64,000 nucleotides of DNA from Balanoglossus misakiensis. Lineage: Eukaryota > Animalia > Hemichordata. Positions within the stretch are counted from its first letter, which is position 1, and each line of letters begins with the position of its first letter. Both the position numbers and the translations under genes were made by a program. Positions 1-12,607 of this stretch are shown here, piece by piece. Below the pieces are notes generated by a model that saw only the letters and a list, made by a program, of their open reading frames with translations, was not told the DNA's origin and did not search any database. The stretch covers positions 482,513 through 546,512 of the forward strand of contig CM082588.2 of the NCBI GenBank assembly GCA_040954595.2. The letters run 5' to 3'.

Positions 1-500
1 GTGAGCACGAACAAGATACATGATAGACTGCGGTAACTGTTTCATAATTTGTGTATTTTTGTGACATTTGGTGACCTTCGCTTCTTATTCTCTGTCGTCA
101 AAAGAGCTATGTGTTCCAGTGGCGCCAATAGAAGACAGACAAATACAAACTCGTTTTTTCCAACTTGAAAAATAGTGATATATATATACAGACGTTCTGA
201 TTACATATCGAATGGTATCTCTTTCAATATCCGATGATGAGAATCATTGTGGAGTGAATTTAAACACGGCAAAAATTCTGACCAAATTATCGAAAATCAA
301 AAAGCAACCAGAGAATCCATTGGCAACAATATTTCTGTCGGGAAGGAAACATTTCGCAGGATCAATAATGGTCAATTAGCAAGAGATTCAGAGTCATCTT
401 CAAGAATTTTTTGAAATAAAAGTGTGACATCGTTGGCGAACTTCATTTTCTGCCGGTTAATGAAAAGCGTACCACGCAGTTGCATTCTTTACATCTTTAC

Positions 501-600
501 TTCAAAGACTCGTGGTTCTTGCAAGCACGGAGATAATTATGAAATTTTTATTTCAAAGAGTCGTGGACCTTGTGAGCATGGCAGATAATTATGGCATTTA
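501..600. repeat. diverged ~51-bp tandem duplication
   Basis: ttcaaagactcgtggttcttgcaagcacggagataattatg versus ttcaaagagtcgtggaccttgtgagcatggcagataattatg. Confidence 0.8.
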
Positions 601-3600
601 AACGACGGGAAATGGCACGCTACAACCCCGATGAATTGCTGATCGTAGTGGGAACACCTTCACTGTATAGAAATGTTCAAAATTAATTTATCGGTCAGTG
701 GTCTGTCGTTCGTTAGTTGTTTGTTCGGGGTTTCTTTCACTTAACTCTCACGCAACGAGCGTAGAATCTTCGATGTGTAAATTGTATTTTTTGGTTGTTC
801 CAATGTCATTGTTTTGCTTTTGTCTCTGTACCTGGAAATTGTCGTCCGACGATGGTTTTTTTGCCACCAGATGCGATTTGCGTGCCGAGAGTTGGTCAGG
901 CTACTCTTACTTCACGGAAAGACGCATAGAATGCCGCCTTACACATTTCTGTTTGATCTCGGAAAAAAATCATTGTGCGAAAAGCCTAAATTTCATCAAC
1001 TCCATGACAGCTACGACGATTTTCGAATAATTGCAGGAAAAAGACGAACAGAGAAAAATCCCCATCCATTGAAATACTTTTAGTGTGTGTAAAAGTGACA
1101 CTATAATAGCTGGATTGTATATATGTCGATTCATATCCGCAGTTCAGAACGGGCACAAATAATTTCCGATGATTTTCATGGCACCCATTTCGTTCAAGCT
1201 GTTCCATAAAATTGCAAATTTAATCAAAGTTGACACCTTTATGCAGAAAATCTTTATTGTGTTTTGTGAGTTTGGTGCCAATAAAGACTCGACGGGGTAT
1301 CTCGGTGTAATACCACGTCGATTCGTATTCTCTCAATTCGCCAAACGAGATTGTAATTTGCCGTAACATGCATAGTTAATGTCGGTGTAGAAATATGGAT
1401 GGACGACTCAACAGAGACACCAAACTTAACGATTTCCTTGATCTGTCGTCTAAATGTCATTTGACAATCACAAAAAGCAACTTATTCGCAGTTAATTTGT
1501 TGATGGATGTTCACATTTCTCCGGGTTCCAACAAAAAACACGAATCTCGCGCAACAATATGAGCAATTGTCGGTCATTCTACAGTAACACGATCGTTGTG
1601 ATAAGTCGCCATTTTACTGTATAGATCCCAAAGAAGAGAGTAAGCTTTTATCTCAAAATATCTTTATTTAGGTATTGTTGGTTTTGATATAAATGGGACT
1701 ATCACAGCACTCCCTCCGCCTCGTTTCGATAATCTATCAGTCAATCGGAACAATTTCAATCTCAATCAGACGTTCTTTTCTCCCTATTTACTTTCACTGT
1801 ACACAATGGTTACATTTGCCGCCAAAAGTGCTGCAAAGTTGACTGCACAGTTCACAGTAAATACTCAAATCAATTGTGACGGGAAACTGCCACATACCGT
1901 CCACGTTTCGAGACAGGGCTACGCCATTTACGCTTGGAAAATGATTTCTTCAGTATTCAATCATTTATTAGAATCGAAAGAAAGTCACCTCATGCAAGGT
2001 CATATTCCAGAATTATCGTGAATACTGGTTCCCTTTGCAGCGAACATACACTGAAACTACCATATAGATAAGAGTCCGTTGCCAACTTGATATTATAGGT
2101 TTTAAATATTTTATTTATTTTTCAAGAAACCACATGTGCCCATGAAATGAACCTTGAAGTGCTATTCAAAGAACAAAAAGCAGAAATGGAGAAGAGAATA
2201 TTAAAGCTGGCAAAAAGATGATGACAAAATACCAATCGCGGTCACCCCCAAAATATCAGTAGAATCGGTGGATATTTTACTTGAAGAACCCAAACGGGAA
2301 TTCATAACCTGTGCGACTTGTCTCCACAGACCGTCTTTTGTCTCTTGTGTTAAACGAGGTTCACTATGGTAATGACCGAGTGAAATCTAAACATGATTTT
2401 GTAAATGGATGGAATGCTTCTAATCACGATTTTTGAGCCTGGGGCGAAAGTGTCTGGAATTCCCTCGTCCATTGTCGTCAACCTTCGTGCCCTACGGCTG
2501 TCTCAAATCATTAATTGAGTTTCCAACTCTTGGCATTGCAGGACTGTCATTCCGTAATTTACTATTTTAAAAGACTTTTCTCGTGGAACAGGAATAACCA
2601 TGCGCGTCAGCGACTAATGTTTGCAAAATGGATGTTCAACATTTTAATGACGAAATTGGCTTATAATATTTTTATGTATTTAGTAAGTTTACACGGATGA
2701 TTCTTTGCAATGTGTCATTTTACTAAATGTTTGGTGAACTGTTCATCTCTATAGATACAAAGAATTTATTCGCATCTTACCAAAAGAAAGTAGAGTTTCT
2801 GTTGATGTCGTCAGAACATCTAAGGTTGTAGTGTTCCCTTCGCCACTGAGGTCAACGGTTTGTCTCTTACGCCATTGGGGCCAAAACATAATTACGAAAT
2901 TACTTCTCAAATCATTTCATTAATAATTTATTATTTCTATTTCTTGTTGAAAACGTTAATGAAGTCAAACATGAAAAGGTTGTTACAACCGCCACCTTGT
3001 ATTCTACACATTCTCAATTGTCCTTCATGATTTACAAGTACACAAAATTTGAATATGCTTCTTTTAAAAAAAATTGTTTTGGTAGTTAGAGTTTTTGACT
3101 ACACGTTGGCTTCGTGAAACTGATATCCAAGGTTGGTTTCTGCCAACCTTGAGAACAGTAGTTGCAGATATGTATCAACCATCATGATGCGCGCTAGCAA
3201 GCTCCAGAAACATCATAAAATCCCTTAAGACTCGAAGGTCCCCATGGAAACACGGTAACTCGTTGCATCGACAGGATTCAACTAGACGTGGTCACAAGAT
3301 GCGAATTTTTAACTTTGTTCAAAATCGTGCCAAATCGCTGGAAATTCTTCAAGTCTACATCCTTCTAAGCATCACATTCCGAAAGACAGGAAAATCCCGA
3401 AGGATAACGAAGAAAGAGTTATATATTAACGGAAAAAATATTATACTTTAGATAAATAATCATCTGATTGCAACGTTTCCTTTCTGGCCAAAAATAGCTA
3501 TTGTTGTTGGCCGTGGTGGTGGTGGTGGGGGTTCTCCGTTTTCGTCCGTCATATTAATGAAACGCAACGAGATCTATTCGGATCACACATCGAGTAAAAG

Positions 3601-3987
3601 GTTTGGGAAATTTATAATCAAGGGGAAAATAAAAAATAAATGATATTTAAGGGTGCATATGCTATGCACAATAAACAGTTCCATGCACAGACAAAGGGTT
3701 TATTGTTTATAGCTATAAGAAACTCCCACGTCCAGAAATACGGGCCTTTAAGTATCTGTGCTTGCGAGATACAGTGCGACTATATGATCAGTTCTTTGTT
3801 CCGCGAAATATCCACAAAATGTCCATATTTTCAGAAATACAGTGTATGTTAACTATTTTCCGTTGTTTGATTTTATCGTTTAGGTCGCAGGATTGAGTGC
3901 CTTGGCAGATAGTGACAGGACTGAAGGACTTTGCGGATAGTGGCTTCACCGCTGTTGGAAGAGAAAAGGAATACAACGCGGACGAGG

Positions 3988-4030
3988 ATGGGATTACTAC
4001 GCGGAGACAGAGAGGCGTGCATCGTTCAAG
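3988..4030 (+). CDS. lin-28: candidate lin-28 distal alternative coding exon (MGLLRGDREACIVQ+G, phase 1)
   Basis: aggATGG Kozak, 43 nt, optimal donor AAG|GTGAGT at 4031; possible acceptor (ttttatcgtttag) ending at 3883. Confidence 0.45.
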
Positions 4031-4052
4031 GTGAGTGGTTGAGTCACGTGAC

Positions 4053-4070
4053 GCGGCCAATAGCTCGTCT
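4053..4070. promoter_or_regulatory. palindromic E-box GTCACGTGAC next to a CCAAT box
   Basis: gtcacgtgacgcggccaat just downstream of the candidate exon 3988-4030, in CpG-rich DNA. Confidence 0.35.
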
Positions 4071-7000
4071 GAAGACGAGCACACATGTGATAACTGTAGT
4101 TGGTTTTACACTTTTGTCTTTCACGGGCGAAAAGTAGAGCAACATGTAAAGGTTTAACAGCGTGACAATTACGCGTCTCTCATATACTCGCTCCTCTTCT
4201 AAAACTCCATTATTCTCAATTATTAAAGTCATCGCGAATTCGCGTTAATTGGCTGCGTATGACACAAATTGTCGCGTCCCGGCTAAGGGTGTGTTGATAC
4301 GTCATGAAATTGTTAGTTCCCCAACGCGGTCCATAAATTACAGTGCGCTAGAAGAGCTCACCTGTTCTCGGGCGATAAAACATGTCATATTTAATATCAG
4401 GGAGAATGAATTCTAACATTTGTGAATTTTCAACGTGTCAGAAACGTGTACCCGCACGCTAAAACCTCAAGGTTTGAAAATTATCTTGGCGAAATAGGCC
4501 AGGAAATCTCTAGGGCTCCCCACAAATTGATTAGTTATTGCCGAATCTGACACTTACCTGACGGCCGACAAAGTTGAAATACCGCGTCATTTTTGTTCGA
4601 TCATGAGACCAGCAAGCCCAACAGTACACTCTGTGTTCCAGACTTAAACTGGAAGTATAAAGCTTTGTTCATTTTAGAAATAGGACAGATTTCTAGAAAA
4701 CTAATGCGAGGAAATACGGCGTGGGTGTATGCGATAAAATAGACGTTTTAATATAGAGAATAGGGTGGCCTTCAAAGAATCTGTTTCTGTGATCGTATTG
4801 GTTGTTCCGACCTATTAACCCCCCAACGGCCCTTTTAACCAATAGGTCGAGGTAGAGTATAATTTAATACTGACACACGACTCGACATTATGTCAATGAG
4901 GGTGAAATTGAAGTCCACATACAGACGTACACGGAATATAAATCGGGCATATTGAGAAAAAAAGTCGACTGACAGAAAAGGAAAGCGATAGCAAATGGAA
5001 TCGGAAGTCACTTAGCAACAAGAATACATAGGTAAGGTTAAATACTGACTTTGGCACTAAACATCTCAGCCAAGTTTTAGTCGCAGGGCCATAATTTTTT
5101 CCCTAAAATTGAAATAGCAGTTGGATGGTTTTTGTTGAGATTTGTCTTTGTTGTGGAAGAGGTCCGAGTGGTTGTGATATAAGACAGGAGGGAATTTGTG
5201 GAGGCCAGGCAGAGACGTCGATGGCCACGGTGAAGTGGAATTGTCTGCCCAGAGCGAGGGCTAGTCTCCCCTCCGATATATCATACAGCGATCCTTTATG
5301 CAAACATATGTAATGAACTCTGGCAAGTAGTATATCGTACTTCAAGCCGGGTTACTGTTGTTTCCCAGGCTGTGATTTATGTCTTGTTGATATAAGCTGG
5401 CAACGCCAGAAGATAGGTGGGTTTAGCCGAAACGTGTCAGTCGACTCCCGCTAGCCACTAAGACGTATGCGTGGGAGTTCAAACTACAGTCATTAAATCG
5501 GCGACACATTTTTTGTGGTTACTTTTCGGAAGTAGTGATTCTGATGGTTGTGAAGGACGATAAAATTAGAAGCGCTACATTTGATTTGTGCCTGTCTTGG
5601 GGCAGATAGTTAGTTCTGTGTTGACCGACGCACAAGAAAATGAAATTATTAATGGTTTTATAAGGTGATAGTTTTTTTGTGGTGCGTATACCTGCAGCAT
5701 CGTACATGACTTCAGGTGAGGAAATATTAACCATCAAACAAATCAGCAGAAACAAAATAATAAATCTATGGCCGTATTGTCATGTGTTGTCTGTGAGTGC
5801 ACGACAAACTCTACCACCGAGTTTCGTAAAAGGCTCATTTTTATATCAGTAATTTTTTTCCTCCGGATAATTGTGAGATTTTTAAAGTGAAGCGTAACAA
5901 TGGACGATGGCTAATAGCAGTTGACGATATATGAGAAAGGCGGGAATTTGATAGATCAAGTAATGCGGGAAGCGCACGCGTGATCGATAATTTTGTCTTT
6001 ATTATCACTACATCAAATAATTTGCCTGTGATCTGTTCTTTCCGGTTGCTATCCATCCCAGCTCTGTACATTATTGCGTATCCAAGCATCGGAAGTCATT
6101 TGGTTGAGTAGATAAGAGATAGCACAATTTCTCTCTCGTTTTTTGAGACTAAGTATTTTCGATTCAACAAAGGGATGCAAACCTTGCCAGTGCCAAACAG
6201 GCCACCACTGGCATCATGGTCCTCACATCAAAAGCACAGTTTGGCCTCTGTGCATTGGTGCCCTTTTTGATGAAACCCAACTGGGGAAACTTTACAGTTA
6301 CTTAGTTGTAAAACGGGAGTTATACCACTTCGATTCAGTCACTTTGCCGCAATATTATACCAATGTATAGCTACACAAAGGTGAGATTGAATTCGACCTC
6401 TGAAATGCACAGCCTCGCTTTGATCGATAATCAAAATTTAAGATGCCTGTAACACAAAAACTGTCAATCATGATGTCACGATTTCTGTTCATGTGCTGAT
6501 CACAACGCATGCATGTGGATCGACAGTGTAAAAACTGGGGGTTGTTGTAACTAGCTGCATCCAGCTTGAGCCGACATCTTTTGTGTCTCGTGAAATGATC
6601 CTCAGTAGAGCACATGCAAAACCCTGGAAACAAACAAACTCGTTTACAGAGAAAGATGATCGGTGCTAGGGAAGAAAAATCTGCATATTCCATAATTTCT
6701 GTGGATGAACTGCTTCTGTAAATCGAACGATAAACACAACGCGATAATTAGCGTCCAGTGTAAAACTCCACGGTGGCGAGATCACACCAACAGATGTCGG
6801 TGATGGTTTTACTGGGAGGAATCCAATAAAACAGAGCTTGGCTAGATAGATGGATTGAATTGAAGTCATTAAATTAAAACCTGTTCCGTGCGATAAATCA
6901 GCGTTGAAATTGTGTAACAAGACCCATACACCCATTGCAAGCTTTTAAGTTGTATTTCGGTAAAAATGTTCTCCTGCTTGATTCGCCACAAGAGACTCGC

Positions 7001-10000
7001 TTGATCTCCAAACTGACAGATTTGGTGATTTTTAGATAAAATGACAGCCGACACGAAGTCAACTAGTGACGTCATTGCCTTATCAAAAACACGAAATTGG
7101 TGTATTTTCCTCTTTCTCTCGGTGTGGGTCAAAGGTCATACAAGCCCCCGCACTCATATCTAGTTTGACATGTGTCAACTTATTTTTCGCTTCACTCTTT
7201 AACGTCGAGAGAGCCAGCTTCGATGTTTGGTGGTGTGGTATGCTACTGAGTAACAAAGGAATAGGTAGACAATTGCTTCATACAGGCGCCCAGCTTCCAT
7301 CCCTAGCCTTGCAACCAATAAAATGCCATTTTCGGACTTGAATTTCTACTGTAGAGTGACATTTGAAAAAAAAGTGCAGCGGTTTGAGTACAATGACGCT
7401 TCAGTTGAAACTGGCGGCGTGTCGCTGGCTCCAAAGCTTCACTATTCAATTTTGCACGGTTCAGTCGATGAGAGACCGCACCATTGCTCAGGCAACTATA
7501 ATTTTACCTCACAATGCGTAAAGGTTTATTAAATGGCATTTGCCAAATGTATAGATATCCACACCAAGAAATAAATCATTAAAAATTAACAAATTTGTAG
7601 AATAGGGCTGCTGCAATGAAACAAAGTAAATTATATATTTTTAAGTTAATGGTTATCAAACCGCGTCTCCGATTTTAAGCAATGGTCGAGAACTTAATTC
7701 AAACATAACGTTGTGTTTTTAAAACGAAATTCAGAAAGTTGGCCATGTAATATGTTTCAATTGACGTCCAAAAAATCTGTGGTTGTTTTTCGGAACGGGG
7801 CAGCACAATGCATGCGGCAGAACGAGTCGTTGTGTTCGATTGAAAAGCGTTGTTAGGAATACGTGGGTGTTGTCCCCTCGCCAGATAAGAAGATTCCGCT
7901 CGCCAGCACTTGTCTCTACACTCTGATCATAATGATTAAAGACCGTGTTCTTTTCTGAGTCTCAAATAACCGGTCATCTGTGTATAATGTATTGGCTCCA
8001 TCGAGTCCTGGTCTACCATTGGTACCCCGATATCGGTCACAATATCACGTTTGGTGACTAACTGACCAACGACGTAAAAGCGCGGTCTGGCTATTAAACG
8101 CCAAAATTGTTGTAAATCATTGGAACCATTGCTCCACTCGGAATATTAAAACTATTCTGTCGCTTTCACGCTGTTGTATTCTCCCCGAGATTTATTCAAT
8201 TGTACAGCCTATCTACGTTTTGTCAAAATTATCCATTTGCCATATGCAGATAGCGTGGGTGTGCTCGCAGAGGCGCAATTACAACGAACCAAACACGTGT
8301 TACCTCTTTCCTATCTAAATACAGTCCGCTTTCATTTCACAGAAGTTCCCTGGTTTGATCCGCCAATGGATCGTCGCTATCCACCGTCAAGCCCGTTCCC
8401 CCTCTATCTCTCCCCGGCCAAAGATTTCACGGCACGCTATATGGTGTTCTCGTAAGGGGTTTGATGGGGTTCTGTCCCGTCTCCTCAATATTGAGTTTAA
8501 TGAGTTAAATTGGTCTTTCTCTCGCTTTAGCAATTTGCTAATCACCTCGCTTGGCAGGCGCTTGTTTATGTTCCCTATGAGTTGAGTTGCTGATTGACAA
8601 TTTCATGCGTTCCATGGTGTTCTCCGTCCATGACATGAGTGCATTGTAAAAGGTTTGTGACAACTCCGTGAATATGACCGTGTTGTTCTCAGTCCTCTTG
8701 GGTAAAAGGGACCCGAGTCTCGCATCGAGGGAGATCGGTTATCTGCATTTCTCCACCAGCCCGTCATCACTATATTAGAGTCATTTGATCGATAACTTTT
8801 CGAGAGCAGTGACAGTGAACGAGAGTAAAATAATTTGAAAGACTGGAATCGGTACCACCCTTACTTGAGTCGGGGGGGGGGGGGTCGCATGAGTAAGTCT
8901 TTGTCAATAATACAGTCCCATGTTTGAAGCTTAAACCTGTCTGACAGCACTGATGTGATAGTGCTACCGTTGAATCTCTGTAGTGCACATTGCAGACCTC
9001 TCCTGCCGTGGGGACTTCTTGTTCCCCCCTCCCGTGGGAGAAACCTTCCTCCCTCCCTCCTCCCCCTCTCGTGGGGGGCCTCTTCCCTGTTGTAACTTCA
9101 TGCCTTGGGAATGCCCTTTCCCAGTCCGGAATGAAATGCATCAATAGTCCTCAATTTATTATGGTCAATCTTCCTTGACCGAGTAGCCTGTTGAAGTTGT
9201 AAGCAATCCGGTCATGAAATTTGACAGAAAGAGTTGCCATGCAATGCTGATCGCGTATCCATTCTGTTATTCTCCCTTCCCCAATGGAACAGAAACAGAG
9301 GATTGAACTCGCCTGACAGCCAGCTATGCATATACTCGTTCGGACAACCTAGTCACTGCGTTTATTTTTGTCCATTAATTTTGACTGTAAATTGTCGACT
9401 TGAGACGATATTTAAAAGCAGTGTCCATTTTCTGCGACAACTAGAACTGTTGTGAGGGTCTCTGATGCTTTCCAATGAGTTCTGGCGATAACGTGTAATA
9501 CAAATATGTATATTAGGCAGGCATTGTGTAAAATTAGACGGTGATTTTGTAGGTGGAGGCCTGGGATTGAAGTTATAGTGGATACGCCATAGTGGCTTTA
9601 CGCTGTGGAGAGAACCGCCTTTTATCGCCTGCGGACAAAAAGCGCTGGTCCGTGTCCATATAGACCATTGCTCACAAGCTGGCATCATCATCATTCCCGG
9701 AGACTAAAATGATTTTCCGTGTCGTATCTTTCGCAGCCGAGATGTGATCGCTAAAGTGGTGAATTTGTGCCTAGTTTAGTTGTATTGCCATGCACAGGTT
9801 GAAACGAGTTTCACCAACATAAGCTTTCGATCCTAGCATCACCAAAAAATATGCAGAAAATTCACAAAAGAAGTCTAAATTCCAAATTTAAACCTTGGTC
9901 AGAATATTCCAACAAATTGTTTTCGATGATGATTAATTTGCTACCAGTTCGTTCTTTAATAGTCTGCTTGTAGCGCTCTAATTGCCAAATATCAAGGACT

Positions 10001-11415
10001 CTAGTACGACCATTCTGATTGGTCGCTACGCCACCGCCAATATCGAACAAGTTCAGAGTAACGCTTACAGAAATACACAGCTCGCCATGGAAATGAACTC
10101 GGTTTCAGTCACGGATCTCTTGGTTTCATTTCCAGTCACGACACAAAAAAGACGAAAGCACTGAAGTGGGTCGTCAGAATGACTTGCAGGTAAATAAAAT
10201 GGCCTGGTTATTGATGATTTCGACGTGTCATTTTGGGCGCGGTGGTTTCTGGAAGTGGCAGCCCTTGTGGCAAACGTTGTCGTCTGGCAACCTGTTAGAT
10301 ATTGCATTGATTGTTGGTTTTGTTAACGTCTCCGCACTTGCTGTAGTGTGATTTATTAGTGTACAGCTGTGGATGTTAAACATAGGCTCTACTCTACACC
10401 AAATATAACCATCAACAAAACGACGATAATCAACATGTTTTTGATGTTGTACTGTTTGAAACTATGATGGGCAACCGAGCGCTTGGCCAATTAACATAAT
10501 CCATCGGCCAATTTTGATATTATATCTCGGCTCTCCTTCCATGTAACAAGGCCTTTGTCTGGAGAGACCGAGTCTTCAACCTACAGTTTCGCTGTTATTG
10601 CATATATGTCGTCTGAGATTCTCTCTTGGAGGTTTTTCAAAAAACAAGTTCTTTAAGATATGGCGATTTCCAAAAATAATTGGCCTGTCTAGAAACATGA
10701 AGACCAAAAACGCCACTAAGAACCATCGCCGATCCGTCGATTCAGATAACAAATGTTTCGGGATCTGGAGTTAAAATTAAATGGTAGATATTATAAACGA
10801 AACCAATCTGATATATAGTGATACGATACTTGACGCTGAATCTGATGAAGATGACGTGCCAATAAAATCCGTTCGAACCAAAATGACAGAGTTTTGAACA
10901 CATTTCACCCCGAGCTGCTCCAGAAATGTCCTCATTTTATAAGTGAACATCGAAACAGTCACAGTTATGACATTTTTCATTCTGATTTCAGTTGTTCTTT
11001 TTTAATACACGGAGTGGGATTTGAAGGCAGTTCTGTACCGCCATACGATAATACACCAAGCGTGAAACCGAACAAAAACCTAAAGAAAGGAATTGGAGAG
11101 AGCGAAAAATATAATATCAAGGAATCTTGGTCCGAGGGGCTCATTAGAAAAAGCTTTTGTGTTTGCAGCCAGCTAATCTTTGCTCATACATCGATTGAAA
11201 GTGTCTTCCCTATAGAACATGAAATTGTAAGTGTTATAAACACAACGACCGTGAGGTTGTCTTATTGTCTGCCGAAGAGAGATTCCCCTGGCCTCCAATC
11301 TTCTATTTATGGCTAGGTATTGTTCTCGGTCGCGAAATGGAAGCTGCGATAAAATTAAAAGAAAATGTTAATAACAAGAGCTGAGCATGGCAATAGTGCG
11401 TGTAGATGTCTTTGT

Positions 11416-11448
11416 GAAGCGAAGCGAAGCGAGGCGAGGCGAGGCGAG
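11416..11448. repeat. (GAAGC)3(GAGGC)3 microsatellite
   Basis: Read directly. Confidence 0.8.
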
Positions 11449-12532
11449 GGGGAGGGAGATGGTAGAGTTTGGGGGATGCCGTCTAAGATGACCCGGTGTT
11501 GGTCTAACCAATGGGAGGACTCCCTACTTATAACACACTATTCTGTCTGAAAAGCTTCGCCTATATTAATTGCTCACATTACTACTTTGTCCTGTACAAT
11601 ACAAGACCATTCAGTACAATAAGACGAGTCATTTTCCCCGAGTATGACTCAAAGTTGCTATTTTAGTAATAGGACTCGGTCGAAGGCCTGGATGCCCACA
11701 TCTGCCAGTTATTGGCTCTGATTGCCAAGTGGTTCCTTCTGGAAAGAACTTCAACATCCAACAACTGTCAATAACAACAAATCTAGACAACTCAACTCAA
11801 GCGCCCTTTAATTAGTCGTTTTTGGAAAAGAAGGGAAGAAACAAAGAAATTAAAAACAGGATCGAGAAAAGCCTCCTTTAATATAGTTTCTATTTCTCAA
11901 GGGGGATAGTCTATATGTCTGAAACTGTATGCATAGAGCGCAGCTCTAGTTGGCAAGTCACCTCTAGCATCTGGCGGGCATTTGTTCCCCTGCACGGTGC
12001 ACGACGTTTAGCTGTCAACTGTCCACAGCGGTGTTAGAATACAGACGGGCACAAACCGCAGATTTTTGATAATTACTTTTTTCATGCCTAATCATTAAAT
12101 GCAAAAAGGTTTCACAAACTCCGAATCATTTTTTGCGTAGGTGGCTGCCATACAAAGTAGGAGCGACCTCAGTAAGTTCACATTAAAACTGATGTTGTAC
12201 AAGCTAGGCGGTCGGCACCTGCCGCACATGGAGATTTTCAAAAATAAAATGCTTCTTTAGTTTTATTTGGACCCCTTAATTATAGAAAAAATCAGTCGGA
12301 TTCAATCGAGCCAAAAATCGTCGTCTGCTACTTCATTTTTTTCGAACCGCGTTAAAACTCAAAACTTGTTGGCAGAACTTTTTGTAAAGCACACAAACTT
12401 TTTCGCAACTTGTTTCTCTGTATAACAGGCTAAATTTGACGCACAAAGTGGAAAAAATCGACAAAACAAGGAAGAAAATTACGGACCTAAAATTTACAGC
12501 AGATAAAAGTGAATGTAAGGGACAAAGAGTAA

Positions 12533-12607
12533 GTTAAAGGGGCTCAGCCGTTGAAAGCGATCTCGCTGTTAACGCGTTTAGCTGCGGTTCGAGACACCCA
12601 CGTTTAG
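12533..12607 (+). pseudogene. degenerate tRNA-Asn(GTT)-like sequence (possible SINE head or pseudogene)
   Basis: GGCTCAGCCGTTGAAAGCG..GCTGTTAAC..GGTTCGAGACACCCA resembles tRNA-Asn (D-arm, CTGTTAA anticodon loop, B-box) at the correct spacing, but the stems pair poorly. Confidence 0.3.

Noticed and set aside
2119-2220. Coiled-coil-looking peptide (EMNLEVLFKEQKAEMEKRILKLAKR*) after a possible acceptor
   Set aside because: No partner exon or homology recognisable; it would need RNA-seq or BLASTX support.
4233-4244. CGCGAATTCGCG palindrome (Drew-Dickerson dodecamer)
   Set aside because: A single 12-bp palindrome is expected by chance in 64 kb.
8871-9080. G14 run and C-rich tract (potential G-quadruplex)
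   Set aside because: Low-complexity tracts with no evidence of function.
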